DNA from: Candidatus Kuenenbacteria bacterium HGW-Kuenenbacteria-1
GTDB lineage: Bacteria; Patescibacteriota; Patescibacteriia; UBA2591; PGYQ01
Direction: 5' to 3'
Assembly: GCA_002839745.1 (NCBI GenBank)
Contig: PGYQ01000004.1
Coordinates: 1 to 33,970, forward strand
DNA: 33,970 nt
Positions 7,078 to 15,114 of this stretch are shown one piece after another. The translations under genes and the position numbers were made by a program. Each line of letters opens with the position of its first letter. The stretch's first letter is position 1. The notes below the pieces were generated by a model. That model ran no database searches, was not told the origin of the DNA, and worked only from the letters and a program-made list of their open reading frames with translations.

Positions 7078-7325
7078 TTATTGATAATAATCGTTGATAT
7101 CAATAATTTCAATTGTGCGTTTTTCTCGAAAAATAAAAATTACCCTATACTTATGATTAATTCTGAAACTCCAGATTTTCATTTGTTTTGGTTCAAGAAG
7201 TTCTGTTTGCAAACTTGGATAAAAAGGATTTTCTTCAAAAAATTTCTTTTGTTTTTCAAATTTTTTTTAAGATTTTTCTTTTTAAGATATTTTTCAATAT
7301 CTGGATGAATAGGGAAAATTTTCAT
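7078..7325 (-). pseudogene. RelE/ParE-superfamily toxin, frameshifted in an A8 homopolymer
   Basis: ATG 7325 opens a 48-codon frame. Adding one A to the A8 run (plus-strand T8 at 7261-7268) gives an 82-aa ORF ending at 7078. Its C-terminal half is NPFYPSLQTELLEPKQMKIWSFRINHKYRVIFIFREKRTIEIIDINDYYQ, typical of RelE/YafQ-like toxins. Confidence 0.7.
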
Positions 7326-7337
7326 TATTTTTTAAAA

Positions 7338-7565
7338 TTATATAAAATAAGATGAGCGTTTTAATCCTTTTTCTAAACTTTTTAAAAAATCATCATTATA
7401 TTTATTTGTTTCTTTAAAAGAATTTATAATTTTTTTTGTATTTCGGATAGGAGGAGAAGCAAAAATATCCTCTTTTACTACTTGTTTAAAATATTCAAAT
7501 CGAAAAAAATTTTCAATTAATTTTTGATATTCTTTTTTCGGAATAGTAATAGTTTGAGTGTTCAT
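7338..7565 (-). CDS. Putative antitoxin of the RelE-like toxin
   Basis: A 75-aa ORF 12 nt upstream of the toxin start on the same strand, the usual antitoxin-first arrangement. No family was recognised. Confidence 0.5.
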   Translation of the reverse strand: MNTQTITIPKKEYQKLIENFFRFEYFKQVVKEDIFASPPIRNTKKIINSFKETNKYNDDFLKSLEKGLKRSSYFI

Positions 7566-7646
7566 AGAATTTTATTTTTAAAATATTTTTATTTTTAGAT
7601 ATAATTTTTAAAAAACTTATTATCATATTTTTAACACAAAATTATG

Positions 7647-7686
7647 CTTTTGTCAATCTATTTATTCACTTTTATGTTAACATATT
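7647..7686 (-). repeat. R4 boundary/promoter module, copy b (TTGACA-17-TGtTAAAAA on the minus strand)
   Basis: Sequence cttttgtcaatctatttattcacttttatgttaacatatt. On the minus strand, TTGACA (7651-7656) is followed by a 17-nt spacer ending in TGT, then TAAAAA (7628-7633). This lies upstream of the antitoxin start at 7565. Confidence 0.6.
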
Positions 7687-7749
7687 AGCCCAGCTTGGGA
7701 GCATGTTAATAGTTGGTTAGAATTATTTTATATTATATGTTATATTTTA

Positions 7750-7778
7750 TTGATAAAAATTAAAATATATTATATAAT
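7750..7778 (+). promoter_or_regulatory. pilM promoter (TTGATA-17-TATAAT), predicting a leaderless mRNA
   Basis: TTGATA at 7750-7755, a 17-nt spacer, TATAAT at 7773-7778. Only 6 nt separate the -10 from ATG 7785. Confidence 0.5.
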
Positions 7779-7784
7779 CTAATT

Positions 7785-8882
7785 ATGTTAAAATCATTTC
7801 TTTCAAAAGAACAAAATTATTTGGGCGTTGATATTGGAATGGGCAGTATTAAAATAGTGGAATTAAAAAATAATAAAGGTAAACCGCAATTAGTTACTTA
7901 TGGGTTTGTTGAGCAGAGTGCGGATATTATTCATGATAATTCCGAAGAAGCAAAAAAATATATTGCTTCTTTAATTTTAAAAACTTGTAAAAAAGCCGGG
8001 GTATCTACTCAAAAAGTAATTACTGGGTTGCCTACTTTTTCTGTTTTTAATTCAATTATAAATTTGCCTTTAATCTCCAATAAAGATTTGCCTGCGGCAA
8101 TTAAATGGGAAGCTAAAAAATTTATTCCTCTACCAATAGACGAGGTAATTTTGGATTGGAAAATATTAAAAGAAGAAACTTCTAAAAAAAATAAAACAAA
8201 TTTAGTTGAATCTAATTTAGATCAAAAAGAAATAAAAACAAAAAAAGGATTGCGTATTCTTTTGACAGTTGCGCCTAAAAATTTAATTAAAAAATATGTA
8301 GATATTTTTAAAGAAATTAATTTTGAACTTTTAAGTTTAGAAACGGCATCTTTTGCTCTTACACGTTCTTTGGTTGGATATGATTTAAATCCAATAATGA
8401 TCGTTGATATAGGGGCGGCCATAACAAGTGTTATTGTTGTTGAAAAAAGTGTCCCTATTTTAAATAGAAGTATTGATGTGGGAGGAATTTCTGTAACGCA
8501 AGCCATTGCTAATAGTTTAAATATTAATTCTAAAAGAGCGGAACAATTTAAACGTGATATAGGAATATCATTAAATGATTCTACACAGGAAGGAACTTCT
8601 AAAATAATTCAAACTATTTTAGATAATATTATTAATGAAATTCGTTATACAATTGAACTTTACGAACATCAAGGTTTAAAAAAAATAGAAAAAATTATTC
8701 TTACTGGCGGTTCGGCTTATCTTCCAAATTTACCTGATTTTTTTTCTAAGGTTTTAGAAAAAAGGGTTTATGTTGGGGATCCTTGGTTTCAAACTATTTA
8801 TCCTTTGGAATTAAAACCAGCCTTAGAAGAGATCGCTCCTCGATTATCAATAGCCATTGGTTTAGCAATGAGAGAAATATAA
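7785..8882 (+). CDS. pilM: Type IV pilus assembly ATPase-fold protein PilM
   Basis: Actin/FtsA-like fold motifs: GVDIGMGSIKIVEL near the N-terminus, IVDIGAAITSV and ILTGGSAYLPNL. Size 365 aa, followed by pilN/pilO-like genes. Confidence 0.85.
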   Translation: MLKSFLSKEQNYLGVDIGMGSIKIVELKNNKGKPQLVTYGFVEQSADIIHDNSEEAKKYIASLILKTCKKAGVSTQKVITGLPTFSVFNSIINLPLISNKDLPAAIKWEAKKFIPLPIDEVILDWKILKEETSKKNKTNLVESNLDQKEIKTKKGLRILLTVAPKNLIKKYVDIFKEINFELLSLETASFALTRSLVGYDLNPIMIVDIGAAITSVIVVEKSVPILNRSIDVGGISVTQAIANSLNINSKRAEQFKRDIGISLNDSTQEGTSKIIQTILDNIINEIRYTIELYEHQGLKKIEKIILTGGSAYLPNLPDFFSKVLEKRVYVGDPWFQTIYPLELKPALEEIAPRLSIAIGLAMREI

Positions 8883-8936
8883 GAAATTATAAATTATAAA
8901 TTATAAATTAAATTACAAATTAAATTATAAATTTTT

Positions 8937-9923
8937 ATGCAAGATCCAAATTTATTACCTGACGAATTAAGAAAAAAAGAGGAGGAATTAGAAAAAAGAA
9001 AAGTTGAAATAGAGCCAGAAAAAATAAAATTAAGCAATCCAAAGGAAAGATTAATAATGAATAAAGATAAAAACAGATTTTTAAATAAAATTAAATCTTT
9101 TTTCTATAAAAAATCAGAAAAATTTAAAAATGAAGAAATTCAAGACGTTGTTTCAAAATTAAAAAGAGAAGAAAAATTTAGAGAAAAAGCTTCTTTTTTG
9201 GCTTCGGCTCCTTTACAAAAAATGCCTGATAAAAAAATAGAACAAAAATTAACAGAGTCAGCAGAACAAATTAAAAGAGAAAAAGAAGATGATCAAACTT
9301 CAAAAGGAATAGAAATTAATTTAATTCCCGAAGAAATGAGAAGTTTTGTTAAGCCAGTGAAACAGATGAAAGATTTAGGAAAAATTTTTATAGGAAGTGT
9401 TGTTGTGGTGGTAATATTTTGCGTCGGTTTATTTTTTTATAAAATAAACATTGATGATCAACTTCAAAATATTCAAATACAAATAAAAAAAATAGATAAA
9501 GAGTTAATTAATTACAGCGAATTTAAAGAAAAAGATCAATTAGTTCAAATGAGAATAAAATTGACTCAAAAATTAATAGATAACCATATTTATTGGATGG
9601 ATGTTTTAAATTTTTTAGAAGAAAATACTATAAAGGATATTGTTTATACTAATTTAAATTGTAATTTTGATTTATCTCAAAATAATGATAAAGCTGGAAC
9701 AATAGCAAAAATAAGCATTGAAGGCGTAGGTAAGGATTTTATTAGTATAAAAAATCAATTATTAATATTTCAAAAAGCTACAAATTTTGTAAAAAAAGTT
9801 GAAATTAGCGAGCTTTTATCTACAAAAGAACGAAAGAAAAAAAAGGAATCAAAAGATATAGAAGGCATTGGATTTAAAATCGATATAGAATTACAACCCG
9901 GAATTTTGCAACATGCTTATTAA
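8937..9923 (+). CDS. pilN: PilN-like protein with an unusually long charged cytoplasmic linker
   Basis: An N-terminal NLLP motif (residues 5-8) and a single TM segment (IFIGSVVVVVIFCVGLFFY) only at about residue 150. A periplasmic-type C-terminal domain follows. It sits directly after pilM. Confidence 0.6.
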   Translation: MQDPNLLPDELRKKEEELEKRKVEIEPEKIKLSNPKERLIMNKDKNRFLNKIKSFFYKKSEKFKNEEIQDVVSKLKREEKFREKASFLASAPLQKMPDKKIEQKLTESAEQIKREKEDDQTSKGIEINLIPEEMRSFVKPVKQMKDLGKIFIGSVVVVVIFCVGLFFYKINIDDQLQNIQIQIKKIDKELINYSEFKEKDQLVQMRIKLTQKLIDNHIYWMDVLNFLEENTIKDIVYTNLNCNFDLSQNNDKAGTIAKISIEGVGKDFISIKNQLLIFQKATNFVKKVEISELLSTKERKKKKESKDIEGIGFKIDIELQPGILQHAY

Positions 9924-10557
9924 AAATAAATTAATTTTTATGAATCAATTTCAACAAAAAATTACAATAATTTTTGTTCAACATTTTAAGGTTTTTTTTC
10001 TTTTAACAATATTAATAGTTTTTGGATTAGGATATTTTTTATTTGTCAAACAATTTTATTTAGAATTAAAAGAAAATAGAAAAAAATTAATAGATTTAAA
10101 ACAAAATGAATTAATATCAAAAGCAAAAGATTTAAAAAATTTAAAAATCTTAAAAGAAGAATATCAAAAATTAGAAGGATTGGAAGTTCAAAAATTAATG
10201 GCTATTTTACCATTTAAAAAAAATGTTCCAGATCTTTTTAAAGAATTAGAAAATATAACACAAAAAAGTGGAGTAACCTTGCTTTCTTTAGATATTATTG
10301 AAGGGGGAGCAATAGATATTTTAAATACCAGTGGAAATGAAAATGAAATTAAAGCCACAGAAATTTCTAAAATCGAAAGTAAAAATCTTAAAAGTCTTGA
10401 TATCTCAACGGAAATTGGAGGATTAAATTATTATACTTTAAAAGTGTTTTTAAATAATTTAGAAAAAAATATTCGTTTAATAGATGTAATTTCATTTAAT
10501 TTTAGTCCAAATGAAAAATCTCAAAAAATAAATTTAAGGACATACTATTTAGAATAA
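9913..10557 (+). CDS. pilO: PilO-like bitopic protein
   Basis: One TM segment (FFLLTILIVFGLGYFLF), then a coiled-coil-like K/E/L-rich segment and a C-terminal domain. It overlaps the pilN-like gene by 11 nt; an alternative start is ATG 9940. Confidence 0.5.
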   Translation: MLIKNKLIFMNQFQQKITIIFVQHFKVFFLLTILIVFGLGYFLFVKQFYLELKENRKKLIDLKQNELISKAKDLKNLKILKEEYQKLEGLEVQKLMAILPFKKNVPDLFKELENITQKSGVTLLSLDIIEGGAIDILNTSGNENEIKATEISKIESKNLKSLDISTEIGGLNYYTLKVFLNNLEKNIRLIDVISFNFSPNEKSQKINLRTYYLE

Positions 10558-10606
10558 CTTTTTAGAAATTTTAAATAATAAATTTTAAATTATAAATTAA
10601 TTTTGT

Positions 10607-11506
10607 ATGTTTAAAAAAATATTTCTTTTATTTATATTAATACTTATTCCTATAACTTTAACAGGATGTATTTCAATAAATATTGGGAAAAATGAGGAAA
10701 AAATTAATAAAAAAAATATTCCTAATGAATCTAATGAATCTAATGAATCTAAAAAATCTAAGATTCCTTTATTTCTTTATTCGTGGTTTAGTGAGTTAGA
10801 ACAACCAATAGATCAAAGGGTGGCTTTTCAATACAAAGCAATTCCTCGTCATCCAAAATTTCCTCCCTCGCCTACCAATATTAATGTTACAGATCCTAAT
10901 ATTGGAACAATTTTAAATATTAGCTGGATTAATCCAAAAGAAATTATTTTTAAAAATATTCGAATTTATAGAGCAATAGAAAAAAATAAGTTAGGGGAGT
11001 TGATTGTTACTTTAGATGGAAAAACGACATTTTTTCAAGACAAAGAAGTACAAAGAAATATTTATTATTATTATACTGTTCGTTCGGTTGTTTCATGGGT
11101 TGATCCTAATGATCCTAAAAATGTTAAAGATCAAGAATCAGATAATATTGATCAAAAATCAAGCAGGGCAATAGATAAAATTCCTCCTTTTCCTCCAAAA
11201 GATATTCAAATTATTACTGGTCAAGAAAGTAGCAGTTTATTAATTAAATGGATTAATCCTGTGGATGAAGATTTTGATCATGTTCAAATTTATAGATCAG
11301 AAATGCCTAATAAAATAGGAATGTTAATTGGAAGCAATATTAAAAATTTATCTTTTCAAGATCGAGAGTTAAAAGATAATTTTTCTTATTATTATATATT
11401 AACCGCAGTAGATAAGAGTGGAAATGAATCTTTAATAAAATTAATAGACACAGGGAAAAAGGATCCTTTTAGATCTTTTGATAAGGAAAAAGAAGAAATA
11501 AAATAA
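10607..11506 (+). CDS. Lipoprotein with two FN3-like beta-sandwich modules (in the pilP position)
   Basis: Lipobox LTG|C after a hydrophobic signal, and (NES)x3 from the aatgaatct tandem repeat. There are two modules: ...ISWINPKE...IRIYR...YYYYTVRSV and ...IKWINPVDEDFDHVQIYR...YYYILTAVDKSGNES. Confidence 0.65.
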   Translation: MFKKIFLLFILILIPITLTGCISINIGKNEEKINKKNIPNESNESNESKKSKIPLFLYSWFSELEQPIDQRVAFQYKAIPRHPKFPPSPTNINVTDPNIGTILNISWINPKEIIFKNIRIYRAIEKNKLGELIVTLDGKTTFFQDKEVQRNIYYYYTVRSVVSWVDPNDPKNVKDQESDNIDQKSSRAIDKIPPFPPKDIQIITGQESSSLLIKWINPVDEDFDHVQIYRSEMPNKIGMLIGSNIKNLSFQDRELKDNFSYYYILTAVDKSGNESLIKLIDTGKKDPFRSFDKEKEEIK

Positions 11507-11540
11507 CCAAAAAATTTTTCTAATTTTTAATTTTTAATTT

Positions 11541-12281
11541 ATGGCTGAACTATTTAATATAATTTGTTATCAACCAATTTACAATTTATTAATTTTTTTA
11601 TATAATGTAATTCCTGGAAATAATTTAGGAATAGCAATAATTCTTTTGACAATAATTATTAAATTACTTTTGAATCCTTTTTCTTTACAAATGATAAAAT
11701 CGCAAAAAGCGCTTCAAGATTTACAACCCAAAGTGGAAGAAATTAAAGAAAAATTTAAGGATCAAAAAGAAAAAATGAGTTTAGCAATGATGGAACTTTA
11801 TAAACAAGAAAAAATTAATCCTTTTTCTTCTTGCTTACCATTATTAATTCAATTTCCTTTTTTAATTGCTATTTTTCATGTTTTTCAAAACGGGTTTAAT
11901 GTTATAAATAAAGACATTCTTTATCCATTTATTTCTAGTCCAGAAAAAATAAATTCTATTTTTTTAGGAATAAACTTGTCTCAGCCTAGTAATTTTCTTG
12001 CTATTTTAGCTGGTATTGCTCAATTTTATCAAACAAAAATGATGATGAGTAAACAGCCTCCTTCTGAAGTGGCAAATACAAAAGAAGCTAAAGATGAGAG
12101 TATGGCCGCAATGATGAATAAACAAATGCTTTATTTTATGCCAGTTATGACTGTTTTTATTGGGTTTACTTTGCCAGCTGGACTTACTTTGTATTGGTTT
12201 GTTCTTACTTTATTTATGGTTATTCAACAATATTTATTTTTTAAAAAACCAAAGAATGAAAAAACAATAAAACTTAAGTAA
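11541..12281 (+). CDS. yidC: Membrane protein insertase YidC (short, Oxa1-like form)
   Basis: Polytopic, with the conserved amphipathic stretch QMIKSQKALQDLQPKVEEIKEKFKDQKEKMSLAMMELYKQEKINPFSSCLPLLIQFPFLIA. Size 246 aa. Confidence 0.85.
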   Translation: MAELFNIICYQPIYNLLIFLYNVIPGNNLGIAIILLTIIIKLLLNPFSLQMIKSQKALQDLQPKVEEIKEKFKDQKEKMSLAMMELYKQEKINPFSSCLPLLIQFPFLIAIFHVFQNGFNVINKDILYPFISSPEKINSIFLGINLSQPSNFLAILAGIAQFYQTKMMMSKQPPSEVANTKEAKDESMAAMMNKQMLYFMPVMTVFIGFTLPAGLTLYWFVLTLFMVIQQYLFFKKPKNEKTIKLK

Positions 12282-12321
12282 TTATAAATTATAAATTTGT
12301 AGCTAAAAACGGCTATTAAAT

Positions 12322-12393
12322 TCCGGGGTAGCTCAGCGGTAGAGCAGTTGGCTGTTAACCAATTGGTCGTCGGTTCGAATCCGACCTCCGGAG
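12322..12393 (+). tRNA. tRNA-Asn (anticodon GTT)
   Basis: The cloverleaf was folded by hand. Acceptor stem TCCGGGG/CTCCGGA (one G-T pair), D arm GCTC-AGCGGTA-GAGC, and anticodon stem GTTGG/CCAAT with loop CTGTTAA. T arm GTCGG-TTCGAAT-CCGAC, discriminator G, no encoded CCA. Confidence 0.9.
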
Positions 12394-12417
12394 TTTAGTA
12401 GCTGTTTTTTTATTGAG

Positions 12418-12448
12418 TTTTTCACATTTCATACACATTTTCTTCACA
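12418..12448 (+). promoter_or_regulatory. Three DnaA-box-like 9-mers in 11-bp phase (putative oriC / dnaA autoregulatory region)
   Basis: TTTTTCACA (12418), TCATACACA (12429) and TTCTTCACA (12440) each match TTATCCACA at 7/9. All have the same orientation and are followed by a ~90-bp almost pure A/T stretch before dnaA. Confidence 0.45.
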
Positions 12449-12538
12449 AAATTAGTTGTTTAAAATTTTAAATAATATTTTTATATGTTACTATCTGAAA
12501 ATATTATTTAAAATATTTTTATTTTAATCAAAATAATT

Positions 12539-13927
12539 ATGGATAAAAAACAACTTTGGGAAGCGGTTTTAGGAGAATTAGAATTAATTATTAGTAAGGC
12601 AAATTTTAGCACTTGGTTTGAAGATACTTTTATTTCTTCTTGGCAAGGAGATGAGGTTACTATTGGAACTCCTAATGCTTTTACTCTTGCATGGGTAGAA
12701 AGAAAATATCATAAGGCAATTATTCAGGCCTTAGAAAATATTACTGATCATAAAATTAGAAAAATAATTTATAAAGTGGAATCAATAGAAAAATCTAAAC
12801 CTCAAGAAGATGCTTTTTTTCAAATTAATGAGAAAATGCCTACACAAACATCTGTAAGAGAAGATCAAGAGCAAAAAGAATTAAAAGAACAAGAAATTAA
12901 AAAACAATTTAATTTAAACTCTAAATATTCTTTTAAAAATTTTGTTGTTGGAACAGGGAATGAATTGGCAGTTGCGGCCGCTTCATCAATAGTTAGACAA
13001 TTAGGAATTAAATATAATCCTCTTTTTATTTATGGAGGAGTAGGATTGGGAAAAACTCATTTAATGCAAGCAATTGGTAATGAAATTTTATTAGAATATC
13101 CAGAGAAAAAAGTTTTGTATGTTAATTCAGAAAATTTTGCTAATGATTTTATTAAATCAATAAAAATAAATAGAACAGAAGAGTTTAAAAAAAAATATAG
13201 GGATGTAGATATTCTTTTAATGGATGATATTCAATTTATTGCTAATAAAGAAAGAACACAAGAAGAATTTTTTCATACTTTTAATTCTCTTCATGGACAA
13301 AACAAACAATTAGTTTTTACTTCTGATAAACCTCCAAAAAATATTCCTGCTTTAGAAGAACGGCTTATTTCTCGTTTTTCAATGGGGATGATTGCAGATG
13401 TGTCTCGACCAGATTTAGAAACCAGAATAGCAATTTTGCAGGCAAAAGTTAAAGAACGTCAATTTAATTTAGATAAAGAAATAATTCAATATTTAGCAAC
13501 AAATATTCAAACTAATATTAGAGAATTAGAGGGAGCTTTAAATAAAATTGTTGCTCAATATGAACTTGATAGACAGCCCGTTACTTTAGAAAGCACTAAA
13601 AATGTTTTATCAACCTTATCTTCTAGATCATCTGATAAAGCTGTTAATTCTAGAGAATTAATTAAAATTGTAGCGGATTTTTATAATATAAAAATAGAGA
13701 GTTTAACTGGAAGTTGTCGAAAAAAAGAATTAGTTAATCCTAGACAAATAGCAATGTATTTATTAAGAGAAGAATTAGAAATGTCTTTTCCTGCAATTGG
13801 GCAAGAATTTGGCGGTCGGGATCATACTACAGCAATGCATGCTTGTCATAAAATTAAAAAAGTTTTAGAAAATAATAACAGAGTAAAACAAGAAATAGAA
13901 TTACTTAAACAAAAACTTTATTTATAA
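12539..13927 (+). CDS. dnaA: Chromosomal replication initiator DnaA
   Basis: Walker A GGVGLGKTHL, Walker B/sensor LLMDDIQF, and box VII NIRELEGALN. C-terminal DNA-binding signature GGRDHTTAMHACHKI. Confidence 0.95.
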   Translation: MDKKQLWEAVLGELELIISKANFSTWFEDTFISSWQGDEVTIGTPNAFTLAWVERKYHKAIIQALENITDHKIRKIIYKVESIEKSKPQEDAFFQINEKMPTQTSVREDQEQKELKEQEIKKQFNLNSKYSFKNFVVGTGNELAVAAASSIVRQLGIKYNPLFIYGGVGLGKTHLMQAIGNEILLEYPEKKVLYVNSENFANDFIKSIKINRTEEFKKKYRDVDILLMDDIQFIANKERTQEEFFHTFNSLHGQNKQLVFTSDKPPKNIPALEERLISRFSMGMIADVSRPDLETRIAILQAKVKERQFNLDKEIIQYLATNIQTNIRELEGALNKIVAQYELDRQPVTLESTKNVLSTLSSRSSDKAVNSRELIKIVADFYNIKIESLTGSCRKKELVNPRQIAMYLLREELEMSFPAIGQEFGGRDHTTAMHACHKIKKVLENNNRVKQEIELLKQKLYL

Positions 13928-14064
13928 ATAAAAATAAAAAAATAATTTAATGCTGGGATATGAACTTTTGACATTAAATAAAAATAAGATGTCAGGATTG
14001 ATTTTTTAATTGATTTGGTATAAATTAGTATTATTTTTTACTAAAATTTTAAATTAATTTATTT

Positions 14065-15099
14065 ATGTATAAATATTCAATTATTCCGCAAGCAAAACAA
14101 AAAATTAATAAAACATTAAAAGAATTAGGCATATCTATTTTAGATAAAAATTTTACAATTAAAAGAAATATAGAAAATAAAAAACGTTTTTTTATGCCTA
14201 TTTGTGCTGACAAACAAGGTCGAAAATATTTTTTTAAAGCCAGATTTCAAAATACAGATGAATTATTAGTAGCCTTAAAAAAAGAAATTGAATTTAATAA
14301 AAAAATTACCCCAGTAATTTCTTCAATTGAACCTCATTTCATTACTCCTGGAGTACTAAAGACAGGAGAAGACAAGGATGGTTATGTTTGGTTTTGTAGA
14401 GAATGTTATGAAGAAAATTTTGCTGGCACAATGGATATTGATTCTGGCATAACAAAGGATTTTTTAAATAAATGTTCTTCCAAAAGTTTTGCTTTAGAGC
14501 TTTTTTCTTTACAAAAAGAAACTGTGAAAATTAAAAAAATAATGCGATTGCATTGTCATAATCATCATTGGTATATGGCTGATTTTGGTTATTATTGTCA
14601 TACAAAAATTCTTCAAAAAATAATTCCTAAAGAATTAAAAATAATAAAAGAGTTACTTGAAAAAAATAGAATTTTATTAAATAGAAACGCAAATTATTTA
14701 ACACATGGCGATTTTTATCCTAATAATATTTTACTTTCAGATAATCAATTAGTAGTCATTGATTGGGAATTGATTCATTTAAATAATCAGGCTTTTGATT
14801 TTACTTTTATTTGGATGAATGCCTTTAGAAATCATGAATGGCAACGAGAATTTTTTAAAACATATTTTCAAAAAGTAAAAGACAAAAAGAAATTTAAAAA
14901 GTTATTTAAAATTGTCGCATTAACTCTTTGTTTACGTTTTTTGCATCATGCTTATATTACAATAAAGACTTTTAATAAGGGCTATAAAGAAAAATTAATT
15001 TCGCGCGGATTTACTATAAAACAAGTTCAAAGTACAGTTAAAAATGCGCGTGAAGCACAAAAAGCGCATCTTGCAGTTTTAAAAAAATTAATTAAATAA
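14065..15099 (+). CDS. Aminoglycoside/choline-kinase-like phosphotransferase (APH family)
   Basis: Catalytic loop HGDFYPNNILL, followed by VVIDWE (the Brenner and DxD-type motifs of the APH/ChoK fold). Confidence 0.6.
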   Translation: MYKYSIIPQAKQKINKTLKELGISILDKNFTIKRNIENKKRFFMPICADKQGRKYFFKARFQNTDELLVALKKEIEFNKKITPVISSIEPHFITPGVLKTGEDKDGYVWFCRECYEENFAGTMDIDSGITKDFLNKCSSKSFALELFSLQKETVKIKKIMRLHCHNHHWYMADFGYYCHTKILQKIIPKELKIIKELLEKNRILLNRNANYLTHGDFYPNNILLSDNQLVVIDWELIHLNNQAFDFTFIWMNAFRNHEWQREFFKTYFQKVKDKKKFKKLFKIVALTLCLRFLHHAYITIKTFNKGYKEKLISRGFTIKQVQSTVKNAREAQKAHLAVLKKLIK

Positions 15100-15114
15100 A
15101 TTTAAAAACCTTTT

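Noticed and set aside
7081-7308. 75-aa + strand ORF (TTG start).
   Set aside because: It is a low-complexity F/K-rich mirror image of the minus-strand RelE-like pseudogene. The minus-strand reading carries a recognisable toxin motif.
4913-7686. Classical integron cassette array.
   Set aside because: There is no intI in the window. R3 and R4 do not fit the attC R''/R' (RYYYAAC/GTTRRRY) structure. The units carry their own promoter module and SD sites, unlike promoterless integron cassettes.
8883-8936. Tandem AAATTAT-type heptamer tracts in intergenic spacers, also at about 10560-10606, 11507-11540 and 12282-12300.
   Set aside because: These are pure A/T low-complexity sequences, expected in a ~28% GC genome. 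No consistent unit or structure distinguishes them from background.
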